Below, piece by piece: positions 55,594 through 64,000 of a stretch of DNA of 64,000 nt (its first letter is position 1; every line of letters begins with the position of its first letter). Source of the stretch: an uncultured Cytophagales bacterium (GTDB lineage: Bacteria > Bacteroidota > Bacteroidia > Cytophagales > JAAEPT01). Both the position numbers and the translations under genes were made by a program. The DNA is taken from NCBI GenBank assembly GCA_963849955.1, contig CAWKJU010000005.1, positions 2,886 through 66,885 of the forward strand. The letters are read 5' to 3'. The notes below the pieces were generated by a model. It ran no database searches. It was not told the origin of the DNA and saw only the letters and a list, made by a program, of their open reading frames with translations.

Positions 55594-57765
55594 ATGAAAA
55601 AGACACTACTCAGTATTTTTGTAGCCTTATCTGGGGTTGCAGTGGCTCAAGAAAATGCAACCATGTTAGTTCCTCCAGAGGCACCTTATCAAAAAGAATT
55701 TGGTACAAGCATAGCAATTGCTCCAAATAGCAGTAAGATAGCAATTGGCTCTGAATTTGGTAATCTTAGAGGTACCGTTTATTTATACAATTCTGACACA
55801 TTTGATAAAAAACTTATTGGTTCTCAAATAGATGCTAATTCAATCAGGTTTGGAGAATCCGTAGCACTCAATGAAAAATTCCTTTTTGCAGGTGACTGGA
55901 GTTACCCGTTAAATGGGGGAAGTAACTACGGTAAAGTCCATATTTTCAAAGCTCCTAATAATGATGGTAACTTCAATACCACACCCATTCAAACGCTTAC
56001 GGGCGCTGTAAATTATGGTAGGTTTGGAGATAAGGTTATAGTAAGAGGTAACTGGCTTGCAGTAGTATCAACGGGTACATCAAGTTCTATTTTTTTATAC
56101 AAAGAAGAAGGACCAACAAACCAACCATGGGTGTTAAAACAACAGATTCAAATTAGTGATCTATATAATCAAGCTGTAGCTCTTGATGATAACCACCTTG
56201 TAGTAGGTACAAATGGTGAACTTCGAGTGTATCAGAAACAAGGCAATCAGTTTAACCATATCTACACTAGGGCTCAGGGTGCCCGACCAAGCTGGGCAAC
56301 CACTGGTTATGGGGCTGGAGTAACAATCAACGATGGTAAAATAGTAATCGCTGATAAAGGTGCTGGTAAGGCTGAAGTGTTAACTGGCTGGGGTTCAAAT
56401 TGGTCTTCTTTCGGTCAATTGACGAGTCCGAATTATCCTACTGACAAATTTGGTGCTTCAATTGTGATTAAAGACAATTATATTATTCTATCAGATTATT
56501 TTGCGCCCAAAATTTATGTATTTGAAAAAAGTGGTAGCAATTATACTTTCAAACATGAATTAGGAATTGAACACGATTTAATTACTCGTAGTAAAGCTGG
56601 GGAAATTGCCATTAATAATCAATCTGTATTGGTTGCAGCTACTCCCCATACAACTTTCCCTGGAGTTGCTAATTCGAGCGGATCAAGTTCGTCAGATAGA
56701 GGTACAGCTTTTATAGGCAATTTTTTCAACTTAGTAAAATCGGTGGGACAAGCGTATGAATACAATGACAATATCTACAACGCACAGCAAATTGAACTTT
56801 ACCGTCCGGTAAAAGCAGCTATATCAAACGCTAATGACAACGATTATTATAAAGTAACGATTGCTGAAGCTCAAACAGTTAGCTTTGAATTGAGTAATCT
56901 ACCAGCAGATTATGATATTGCTATCTATCAATCAGCTTCAAATCAAATTCAAAGTAGTACCCTATATGGTTTACATAATGAATACACTGCTTTGTACTTA
57001 AATCCAGGTACTTATTATGTGAAGGTATACTCAAAACAGGGTGCGGCTAATAGCACGCAACCTTATTCATTAGTGGTAAGAGGCTCAAATTGTGTAGAGT
57101 TTGTTGATTTAAATAACCATAGTGCTCAGACGGCTATAAGCTTGGCTCAAACAGCTTCAGGGCTGTTGTTGGGTACTATTAAAGAAGTAGGTGAAGAAGA
57201 TTGGTTTTCCTTCAATCACTATAGTAGTTCAAATTTTCCTTATAAAATTGAAGTCTCTCTTTCGAATTTAATTGCTGATTTTGACATTTACTTGTATGAT
57301 GAAAATTTATCAGAGATAGCTCGTTCATGGAATGGTGGTTATAGCAATGAGTTTATCAGTACTGGAGAAATGCCAACTGGAAAGTACTATGTTCGTGTGG
57401 ATGGTTGGAGTTCAGCTAAAAGTGATCAATGTTATCATTTGAGTATAGAATCTACTTCAGTATCATCGGGTAGTTCTCGAGTTTCCAGTGAGACCACCAC
57501 TACTAAAAAAGAAGCATTAGGTTTAATTGCCTACCCTAACTATTTCCAGAATGGAAAAGAAGTAATGGTTAGCTTAGAGTGTGGAGAAGTGAAAATACCG
57601 AGTACACGAATTAAATTGCTTCAATCGGGTACTTCAGAAACGATATGGGAAGAAAATGTAAATGTGGTAAATGGTAAAGCGACAATTAATTTACCTGCCA
57701 TGAGTCCAGGACTCTACTTATTGTATTCTCCAGATTTAGGTAATACAAAAATAGTGGTGCAATAA
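55594..57765 (+). CDS. secreted FG-GAP-like beta-propeller + two pre-peptidase C-terminal (PPC) domains + T9SS CTD
   Basis: Signal peptide; 6-7 repeats of FG.S(I/V)A......(I/V)G......G.V(Y/H)(L/I)(F/Y); two copies of D.DYYK...LSNL.ADYDI.(I/L)Y....Y(Y/V).V...; C-terminal LIAYPNYFQNGKEVMVSL...LYLLYSPDLGNTKIVVQ. Confidence 0.7.
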   Translation: MKKTLLSIFVALSGVAVAQENATMLVPPEAPYQKEFGTSIAIAPNSSKIAIGSEFGNLRGTVYLYNSDTFDKKLIGSQIDANSIRFGESVALNEKFLFAGDWSYPLNGGSNYGKVHIFKAPNNDGNFNTTPIQTLTGAVNYGRFGDKVIVRGNWLAVVSTGTSSSIFLYKEEGPTNQPWVLKQQIQISDLYNQAVALDDNHLVVGTNGELRVYQKQGNQFNHIYTRAQGARPSWATTGYGAGVTINDGKIVIADKGAGKAEVLTGWGSNWSSFGQLTSPNYPTDKFGASIVIKDNYIILSDYFAPKIYVFEKSGSNYTFKHELGIEHDLITRSKAGEIAINNQSVLVAATPHTTFPGVANSSGSSSSDRGTAFIGNFFNLVKSVGQAYEYNDNIYNAQQIELYRPVKAAISNANDNDYYKVTIAEAQTVSFELSNLPADYDIAIYQSASNQIQSSTLYGLHNEYTALYLNPGTYYVKVYSKQGAANSTQPYSLVVRGSNCVEFVDLNNHSAQTAISLAQTASGLLLGTIKEVGEEDWFSFNHYSSSNFPYKIEVSLSNLIADFDIYLYDENLSEIARSWNGGYSNEFISTGEMPTGKYYVRVDGWSSAKSDQCYHLSIESTSVSSGSSRVSSETTTTKKEALGLIAYPNYFQNGKEVMVSLECGEVKIPSTRIKLLQSGTSETIWEENVNVVNGKATINLPAMSPGLYLLYSPDLGNTKIVVQ

Positions 57766-57775
57766 ATAATCTAAC

Positions 57776-57811
57776 AAAAAAGGTGTTAAACATTTGTTTA
57801 ACACCTTTTTC
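57776..57811. terminator. bidirectional intrinsic terminator
   Basis: A5-AGGTGTTAAAC / ATTT / GTTTAACACCT-T5, between convergent genes. Confidence 0.8.
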
Positions 57812-57871
57812 ATTTCATAGTATATTTTGTTGTGATTTTTTTATAATCATTATTTAGCAATTTTAAGTTGA

Positions 57872-59254
57872 TTACACTTCAATACCAACAACTAATACAT
57901 CATCGGTTTGGGGAATATCACCTTTCCAGTCATTAAACTCTTTTGCTAATAAGTCATATTGCTCATGCATCGGTACGGTAGAGGTACTCACTAAAAACTC
58001 TCTATATCGTTTGGTGTAGTACTTTTCATTTAATTTTCCTCCAAATTGATCTTGAAAACCATCAGAAAAAATATAGTATTTATCACCTTTGACCGCGTCA
58101 AGTTCATGAGTTTCAAATGTTTTTTTTGTATTAAAGAGGGTTTTTCCAATTGAATTTCGAGATCCTTTGATGACAGTCACTTCACCATCTCTAATCTTAT
58201 ATAAAGGATTTTTAGCAGCAGAAAAGTATATTTTATTCTCGTTGAAGGTTAAGATACTTATGTCCATTCCGTCACTGATATTTGCAGTATCTGCTTTTTC
58301 TGAAGAAAAGCTTTTTATCACCGCATCATCTAATAATTCAAGAATTGCGCTGGGAGTATAAATGTTTTTTTGGGCAACTATATCATTGAGAAGGGCACAT
58401 CCTAAAACGGTAGTTAGCGCTCCTGGGACGCCATGACCCGTACAGTCAGCAGCTACAATTACTTTGGTGTTTGTTTCCTGATCTGCGTAAAACCAATAAA
58501 AATCGCCACTTAAAATATCCTTTGGTCTGAAAAAGGCGAAGGAGTTGTCAAAAAATTCGACTAAATCATTTTCTTCCCCTAAAATGGCATGCTGTATTCG
58601 TTGAGCATAGCGAATACTGGAAGTGATTTGTTTATTCGTAGCTTCAACCAGATTTTTTTGTACAATTAATTCCTCATTGATTTCTTCTACTTGTAGTCTA
58701 GCTGTTATTTCTTTAACAGTTAAATCATAGCGGGTTCGGATTAATATGAACATGAAAAGACCCACTGCAATTAATAATAAACCACCGTTGAGTAAGAATG
58801 TATTAAAATTAATTTCGGGGTTCAAAAAAATAAAAAAGGAAGAAACAAGTGCAGAAGCAGAGATGACCAATGCTGACATTTTCCAACTCCATAGTATAAA
58901 CATGCCACCAGCGATAAACAGGGCCATATAATTAAGGCAATGACCGAGGATATGCTCACTTGAGATTAGACCAAACGTGTATGCGTTTTGTAATGAAATA
59001 AGCGTAAATGGAATAAAAATCAAAACGGTGTTAGTCTTAATTTTTAATTGTGTTCTTAATTTGAGAATAGCAAAAGTTATTGCTGCAATTGATAAACGGA
59101 TGATTAAAAGTTGTGTAGATGAATCCGGTATATTAATGTAGTCAGTAATAGCAAAAAAAGGATCAAATATAATCGCAATCCACGCCCCAAGAACGTGGTA
59201 CTTTTCCGCTGATTTTTCTAATTCAGCATTGATTTTTTCTTCTCGTTGTCTCAA
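57872..59254 (-). CDS. multi-TM sensor-like protein with a C-terminal PP2C/SpoIIE phosphatase domain
   Basis: About 6-7 N-terminal TM helices, a coiled coil, then SGDFYWF, ADCTGHGVPGA, ISDGMDIS and FSDGFQDQFGG. Confidence 0.8.
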   Translation of the reverse strand: MRQREEKINAELEKSAEKYHVLGAWIAIIFDPFFAITDYINIPDSSTQLLIIRLSIAAITFAILKLRTQLKIKTNTVLIFIPFTLISLQNAYTFGLISSEHILGHCLNYMALFIAGGMFILWSWKMSALVISASALVSSFFIFLNPEINFNTFLLNGGLLLIAVGLFMFILIRTRYDLTVKEITARLQVEEINEELIVQKNLVEATNKQITSSIRYAQRIQHAILGEENDLVEFFDNSFAFFRPKDILSGDFYWFYADQETNTKVIVAADCTGHGVPGALTTVLGCALLNDIVAQKNIYTPSAILELLDDAVIKSFSSEKADTANISDGMDISILTFNENKIYFSAAKNPLYKIRDGEVTVIKGSRNSIGKTLFNTKKTFETHELDAVKGDKYYIFSDGFQDQFGGKLNEKYYTKRYREFLVSTSTVPMHEQYDLLAKEFNDWKGDIPQTDDVLVVGIEV

Positions 59255-59423
59255 TTATCTTTTAAGTTAGATGGTATTAATGTTATAAACATGTTTCAAC
59301 TCCTATTCAATATAATCAATTCCTGTAAGAAATAAGCGGAGGATTATTAAAGTCTTAAACTAGTTTTAGCAAATTTTGTTTGGTTTGAATGACTAATTTT
59401 AATGAACATCGTAATGCGATTTA

Positions 59424-59457
59424 AACAAAAAAGACGAAGCCATAATGGCTTCGTCTT
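59424..59457 (-). terminator. intrinsic terminator after lysC
   Basis: AAGACGAAGCC / 5-nt loop / GGCTTCGTCTT, followed on the minus strand by TTTTGTTT. Confidence 0.75.
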
Positions 59458-59483
59458 GTTCTTATTTTAAAGTAGTTAAACAA

Positions 59484-60800
59484 TTAAAGACCAAACACGT
59501 CTTTATTAATTGCCTTTAATGCAGCGGTTTTGTCTTGTGTTTTAACTACCACTGACACATTGTAGTTGCTTCCTCCAAACGAGATCATACGTAGTGGAAT
59601 GTTGTGAAGAGCCGTTACCACCTTACCTAAAATACCTTTATTTTGTTTGAAGTTACCTACTACGCAAACAATAGATTGATCGCTGTCAACTTCTACATAA
59701 CTAAACTTCTCAAGTTCTTCACGAATTAACTTAAGCTGAGAGTCATCATCAATCGTTAATGAAACGGCAATTTCAGACGTAGTAATCATGTCAACTGGGG
59801 TACGGTGTTTTTCAAAAATCTCAAACACTTTTCTTAAGAAGCCATAAGCTAATAGCATGCGGCTAGACTTAATTTTGATAGCCGTAATATTGTCTTTTGC
59901 AGCAACAGCTTTTACCTCTTCTTTACCTGAAGCAGTAGAGATAACAGTACCATGTGCTTCAGGCTGCATGGTATTTAACAATTTAACAGGAATATTTTTT
60001 ACCTGAGCAGGTCGAATTGTTGCAGGGTGAAGTATTTTTGCTCCGAAATAGGCTAATTCAGCCGCCTCATCAAAGGAGAGTTGTGCAATAGGATAGGTTT
60101 TGTCAACCACACGAGGATCGTTGTTGTGCATGCCGTCAATATCCGTCCATATTTGTACTTCAGTTGCATCACCAGCGGCACCAACCAGTGAAGCGGTGTA
60201 ATCACTGCCACCTCTTTTTAGGTTATCTACCTCATTCAAATGGTTCATGCAGATGTATCCTTGAGTAATGTAAATAGTTGTTTCAGGTTTTTCAGCTAAG
60301 ATAGCTTTTAGTTTGTTGGAAATCGCTGACAATTCTGGTTCATCGTCCGCATCGATACTCATGAAATCTAATGCCCATAATAATTCAGATTTCACGCCTT
60401 TTTCTGTTAGGAAATGCTGGAAAAGTTGGGTAGAAATCAGTTCGCCTTGTGCTAACATCAACCGCTCTTCCACGTCTGTGAAATCGGAATCCAACACATT
60501 TCTGATGATGGTAAACTGTGTTTCTATAACTTCCTTACCTTTCTGCTTTCCAGCTGGGGTAGAGTAGAGGTTATCGATGAACTCTTCATATTTGGTGAAT
60601 AATGCTTCGATTTGATTTGAAGCATTTATTTTATCTTTTTTATATAAAGCTTCATTGATTTGAACTAATGAGTTAGTCGTGCCTGAAACGGCTGATAATA
60701 CGACTATCTTTTGATCATTATCTTTTGTAATCAAGTCTTTAACTTGATTCATTCTCTCTGGACTTCCTACTGAAGTACCTCCAAATTTTAAAATCTTCAT
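59484..60800 (-). CDS. lysC: aspartate kinase
   Basis: MKILKFGGTSVG, a kinase core (GGSDYTA, TDIDGM) and two C-terminal ACT domains. Confidence 0.9.
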   Translation of the reverse strand: MKILKFGGTSVGSPERMNQVKDLITKDNDQKIVVLSAVSGTTNSLVQINEALYKKDKINASNQIEALFTKYEEFIDNLYSTPAGKQKGKEVIETQFTIIRNVLDSDFTDVEERLMLAQGELISTQLFQHFLTEKGVKSELLWALDFMSIDADDEPELSAISNKLKAILAEKPETTIYITQGYICMNHLNEVDNLKRGGSDYTASLVGAAGDATEVQIWTDIDGMHNNDPRVVDKTYPIAQLSFDEAAELAYFGAKILHPATIRPAQVKNIPVKLLNTMQPEAHGTVISTASGKEEVKAVAAKDNITAIKIKSSRMLLAYGFLRKVFEIFEKHRTPVDMITTSEIAVSLTIDDDSQLKLIREELEKFSYVEVDSDQSIVCVVGNFKQNKGILGKVVTALHNIPLRMISFGGSNYNVSVVVKTQDKTAALKAINKDVFGL

Positions 60801-60822
60801 ATCGAATAGTTCTTTCTAATTC

Positions 60823-61299
60823 TTAAAATCCTAACATTTTTATTGCGGTAATGGCTGCTTCATCGCCTTTGTTACCATGTTTTCCCCCAGCTCGGTCAAG
60901 CGCTTGTTGTTGCGTGTTTGGCGTTAAGACACCAAATATGACAGGCTTGTTGTATTTTAATCCCACTTGAGTAATTCCGTGTGCGACAGCATCACAAATA
61001 AAATCAAAGTGTTTAGTGTCTCCTTGCACCACACAGCCGATGCATATGACCGCATCAATCGCTGATTTTTCTGCCAACCATTGTGCACCAAGACTCAATT
61101 CAAAACTTCCTGGAACTGTTTTTTTAATAATATTATCCTTTTTTGCTCCGTGTTTTATGAGTGTGGTCAGGGCTCCATTGTAGAGTGCCTCGGTTACTTC
61201 AGCATTCCATTCTGAAACTACCAGTGCAAATGTTTTAGTTGAAATGTCTGTGATATTCTTGCCTGAATATTCACTTAGACTTTTATTGCTTGATGCCAT
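60823..61299 (-). CDS. ribH: 6,7-dimethyl-8-ribityllumazine synthase
   Basis: 158 aa with VPGSFELS, ICIGCVVQGDTKHFDF and NKGDEAA. Confidence 0.92.
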   Translation of the reverse strand: MASSNKSLSEYSGKNITDISTKTFALVVSEWNAEVTEALYNGALTTLIKHGAKKDNIIKKTVPGSFELSLGAQWLAEKSAIDAVICIGCVVQGDTKHFDFICDAVAHGITQVGLKYNKPVIFGVLTPNTQQQALDRAGGKHGNKGDEAAITAIKMLGF

Positions 61300-61320
61300 C
61301 GTTTTTATTAATGAACCCTA

Positions 61321-61360
61321 TTTAAAATAAAAAAGGATAAAACCTTTGGGGTCTTATCCT
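61321..61360 (-). terminator. intrinsic terminator downstream of the TPR gene
   Basis: AGGATAA..TTATCCT hairpin followed on the minus strand by TTTTTATTTT. Confidence 0.55.
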
Positions 61361-61457
61361 AATTTCTTGTGAGTGATTGAGATATTACCCTTTTGACACT
61401 AATAACTGAGCTTTAACCTTTGCCTTGTTTTTCTTGGCATTAGTCACTTCAGTTGCC

Positions 61458-62096
61458 TTAGGGAATTTCGTCTTCTAATGTTTCGTAGGTTTTCACGGCT
61501 TCCGCTAATTTGCCATTTAGCTCTTGAGCTAAAGCAAGTTTGAGCATATAACGTGGTGTATACGATTTGTTTTGTTTGTAATCAACAGCTTTTTGATAGT
61601 ATTCAATGGCACTTGAAAGTTCTCCTTTCTCCAGGTAAGCATCGCCAATTAAACTATATGCTCTTGCTTGAACTAATAAATCAGACGATTCAAATTTTTT
61701 TAAACTTTCAATTGCTTGATCAAATTCACCTTTTTTCAAGAAAGCCACACCAGCATAGAAGTTAGCTAAGTTGCCTGCCTTGGTCCCAGAGTAGTCTTCC
61801 GCTACATCCAACACACCAGGTGCACCATTGCTACCATTGAGAACAGCATCCAATGAATCTTGTTCGTAATAGTATTGTGCTGGATAAAGTTCTAATTGAG
61901 CTTCAAATTCCTTTTCACCAGAAGATGAGCCAAAGTAGACTGCTGCGACAATAGCCACTGCAATTACTGCAATAGCACCACCAATGATTGTTTTGTTTTT
62001 CTTTACAAACTCTTCGGATTTATTTATTTGTTCCGCGAGTGCTTCTGGATCTTCTATTAGATCCATTCCTTTTTTATCTTGTTCCTTAGCCATCAA
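61458..62096 (-). CDS. membrane-anchored tetratricopeptide-repeat protein (YfgM-like)
   Basis: One TM helix (IIGGAIAVIAVAIVAAVYF) followed by TPR helices (AYSLIGDAYLEKGELSSAIEYYQKA). Confidence 0.7.
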   Translation of the reverse strand: MMAKEQDKKGMDLIEDPEALAEQINKSEEFVKKNKTIIGGAIAVIAVAIVAAVYFGSSSGEKEFEAQLELYPAQYYYEQDSLDAVLNGSNGAPGVLDVAEDYSGTKAGNLANFYAGVAFLKKGEFDQAIESLKKFESSDLLVQARAYSLIGDAYLEKGELSSAIEYYQKAVDYKQNKSYTPRYMLKLALAQELNGKLAEAVKTYETLEDEIP

Positions 62097-62099
62097 AAA

Positions 62100-63146
62100 T
62101 TAGTCTTGTGTAAATGGATAATCCGCTTGATCGTAAATATCAGTATATATTTGATCAACATCAGGGAAAGGTGATTCTTCAGCGAACTTCACTGATTTTA
62201 ATACTCTTTCCTTAATTTTTTTGTCAATATCAGTCAATTGTGCTTCAGTAGCATACTTTTGTTCTAGTATAACTTTTCTTACTTGCTCAATTGGATCTTG
62301 TAGTTTATATTCTTCTAACTCCTCTTTTGTTCTATACTTTGCAGGGTCAGACATGGAGTGTCCTTTGTAACGATAAGTATTGAATTCTAATAGGGTAGGA
62401 CCTTCGCCTGATCTTGCTCTTTTTGCAGCGCGTTCAACAGCTAAATGTACTTCTTCTACTGACATTGCGTCAACTGGTTCTGAAGGCATGTCATAAGAAA
62501 GACCTAGTTTGTATAGCTCAGTAACGTTAGAGGTTCTCTTTACAGAAGTACCCATTGCATATTGATTGTTTTCAATTACAAATATTACAGGAATCTTCCA
62601 GGTCATAGCCATGTTCAAAGCTTCGTGAAAAGCACCTTGACGAACAGCACCGTCACCGATGTAGCAAATAGCTAAGTTGTCAGTTCCTTTATATTTTTCA
62701 GCGAATCCAAGTCCAGCACCTAATGGAATTTGTCCACCTACGATACCATGACCACCCACGAAACCAACTTCTTTGTCAAAAATGTGCATTGATCCACCTT
62801 TACCTTTCGTAGTTCCAGTAGATTTACCATACATTTCTGCTAAAATTGCATCAGGGTTAGTACCTAACGCAAGGGGAATTCCATGATCACGGTAGGATGT
62901 GATATATTTATCACCTTTTTTTAAGGCACTTACAGCACCCGAAGAACACGCTTCCTGTCCTATATACAAATGACAAAAGCCTTTGATTTTTTGTTGACCG
63001 TACAATTGGCCGCACTTTTCTTCAAATCTTCTTTGAAGTAACATGCTCTCGAACCAATACATGTACGTCTCTTTTGAAAACTTCTTTGCAGAAGTTACTT
63101 TTGTCTTAGATGAAGTTTTAGTAGATTTCGTTTTGTCACTAGCCAT
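62100..63146 (-). CDS. pdhA: pyruvate dehydrogenase E1 component subunit alpha
   Basis: TPP-binding GDGAVRQGAFHEALNMA and YRYKGHSMSDP. I take the start as MASDKTKS (63146) rather than the track start at 63194. Confidence 0.88.
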   Translation of the reverse strand: MASDKTKSTKTSSKTKVTSAKKFSKETYMYWFESMLLQRRFEEKCGQLYGQQKIKGFCHLYIGQEACSSGAVSALKKGDKYITSYRDHGIPLALGTNPDAILAEMYGKSTGTTKGKGGSMHIFDKEVGFVGGHGIVGGQIPLGAGLGFAEKYKGTDNLAICYIGDGAVRQGAFHEALNMAMTWKIPVIFVIENNQYAMGTSVKRTSNVTELYKLGLSYDMPSEPVDAMSVEEVHLAVERAAKRARSGEGPTLLEFNTYRYKGHSMSDPAKYRTKEELEEYKLQDPIEQVRKVILEQKYATEAQLTDIDKKIKERVLKSVKFAEESPFPDVDQIYTDIYDQADYPFTQD

Positions 63147-63205
63147 CTTGCACATTAATTTTTGCCGGCTACAAACATAATTAAAACAATTCAATATAGA
63201 AATTA

Positions 63206-64000
63206 ATGCACATTGAAAATCTTAGTCTGTTGAATTTCAAAAACTATCACGACATGTCGATTAGTTTTTCACCTCAGATTAATTGTTTTGTAGGTCCTAA
63301 TGGAAGCGGTAAAACAAATGTTTTAGATGCTATTCATTACTTATGCCTTACAAAAAGTGCATTTAACTTCACTGATTCTCAGTTAATTTTGCACAAAGAA
63401 AACTATTTTATAATCAATGGTAAAGTGCAGATAAATGATGAGACTTCAAGGATAGCTTCCAGTTTTCAGGCGGGTAAAAAAGTATTTAAATTTAATCAGC
63501 ATACCTATGAACGGTTAAGTGAACATATTGGAAAAATGCCTTTAGTGATTATCTCACCTAATGATAATGAGGTAGTTCAGGAAGGAAGTGAAATTCGAAG
63601 AAGGTTTTTTGATAATATTTTATGTCAATACGATAAAGAATATTTAACGTATTGTATTCTTTACGCAAAGTATATAAAGAATAGAAATGCGCTTTTGAAA
63701 CAATTTTCTGAAAGACGTTATGTTGATAAAGACTTGTTAGAACCTTTTGATACAGAGTTGTTACGTTTAAATAAATTGATTTATGATAAGCGTAAAGAAA
63801 TGTTAAAAGAGTTTCAGCCCATATTTGATTTCAGTTATTTAACACTTTCTGATCAGGCAGAAACTATAGAGTTGACCTACAAATCACCTGTTGAGGATAT
63901 TGACTTTAAGCAGAACTATAAAAAAGCATTAGAGAAAGATATTTTTCTTCAACGAACAACTTTGGGAGTACATAAAGACGATTATGAGTTTGTGATTGAC
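63206..64000 (+). CDS. recF: DNA replication and repair protein RecF, N-terminal part (runs off the 3' edge)
   Basis: Absent from the ORF track. Translation from the ATG at 63206 reads MHIENLSLLNFKNYHDMSISFSPQINCFVGPNGSGKTNVLDAIHYLCLTKS..., open to position 64000. Confidence 0.88.
   Translation, partial: MHIENLSLLNFKNYHDMSISFSPQINCFVGPNGSGKTNVLDAIHYLCLTKSAFNFTDSQLILHKENYFIINGKVQINDETSRIASSFQAGKKVFKFNQHTYERLSEHIGKMPLVIISPNDNEVVQEGSEIRRRFFDNILCQYDKEYLTYCILYAKYIKNRNALLKQFSERRYVDKDLLEPFDTELLRLNKLIYDKRKEMLKEFQPIFDFSYLTLSDQAETIELTYKSPVEDIDFKQNYKKALEKDIFLQRTTLGVHKDDYEFVID

Noticed and set aside
61300-61457. Possible FMN riboswitch upstream of ribH, or lysine riboswitch upstream of lysC
   Set aside because: The 158-nt region shows only a terminator-like hairpin belonging to the upstream TPR gene and none of the conserved FMN-element sequence blocks I recall. 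lysC starts 22 nt after ribH, leaving no room for a leader. An Rfam scan would be the decisive check.

Overview
AT-rich chromosomal segment from a Bacteroidota bacterium, probably Flavobacteriia-like. Evidence: TAnnTTTG -7 promoter motifs, four proteins ending in T9SS C-terminal sorting domains (CTDs), and Bacteroidota-typical synteny (era-der, TPR-ribH, murK-murQ). No CRISPR array, transposase, integrase, rRNA or recognisable phage or defence genes. Flanks are housekeeping: gpmI (partial), nadC, accD, nqrF, der, era, murQ, lysC, ribH, pdhA, recF (partial), cbpA/cbpM and one initiator-type tRNA-Met. Two accessory blocks stand out. (1) 8.4-14.6 kb holds a tightly coupled membrane operon, SpoIIM-like / DUF4129-like / DUF4350-like / MoxR AAA+ / DUF58, with a divergent RDD protein; to my knowledge it has no assigned function. 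(2) 19.8-52.5 kb is a ~32 kb surface-polysaccharide locus. It contains a response regulator, a pseudo-receiver::priming sugar transferase fusion, 6 glycosyltransferases, Wzx, Wzy-like, a degenerate Wzc, three O-acyltransferase systems, a sulfotransferase, a 2OG-Fe(II) oxygenase and a T9SS beta-helix protein. It also holds two paralogous T9SS esterases, one being the head of a 2124-aa FN3/PA14/cadherin-like protein that carries three copies of a module I cannot assign. Four genes look disrupted: a radical SAM frameshift, the giant protein's CTD frameshifted off, a split GT-C-like membrane protein, and an EEP-family gene with two tandem in-frame TAA codons. Three of these lie within 3.4 kb. Domain calls come from by-eye motif recognition on the supplied translations, not from searches.
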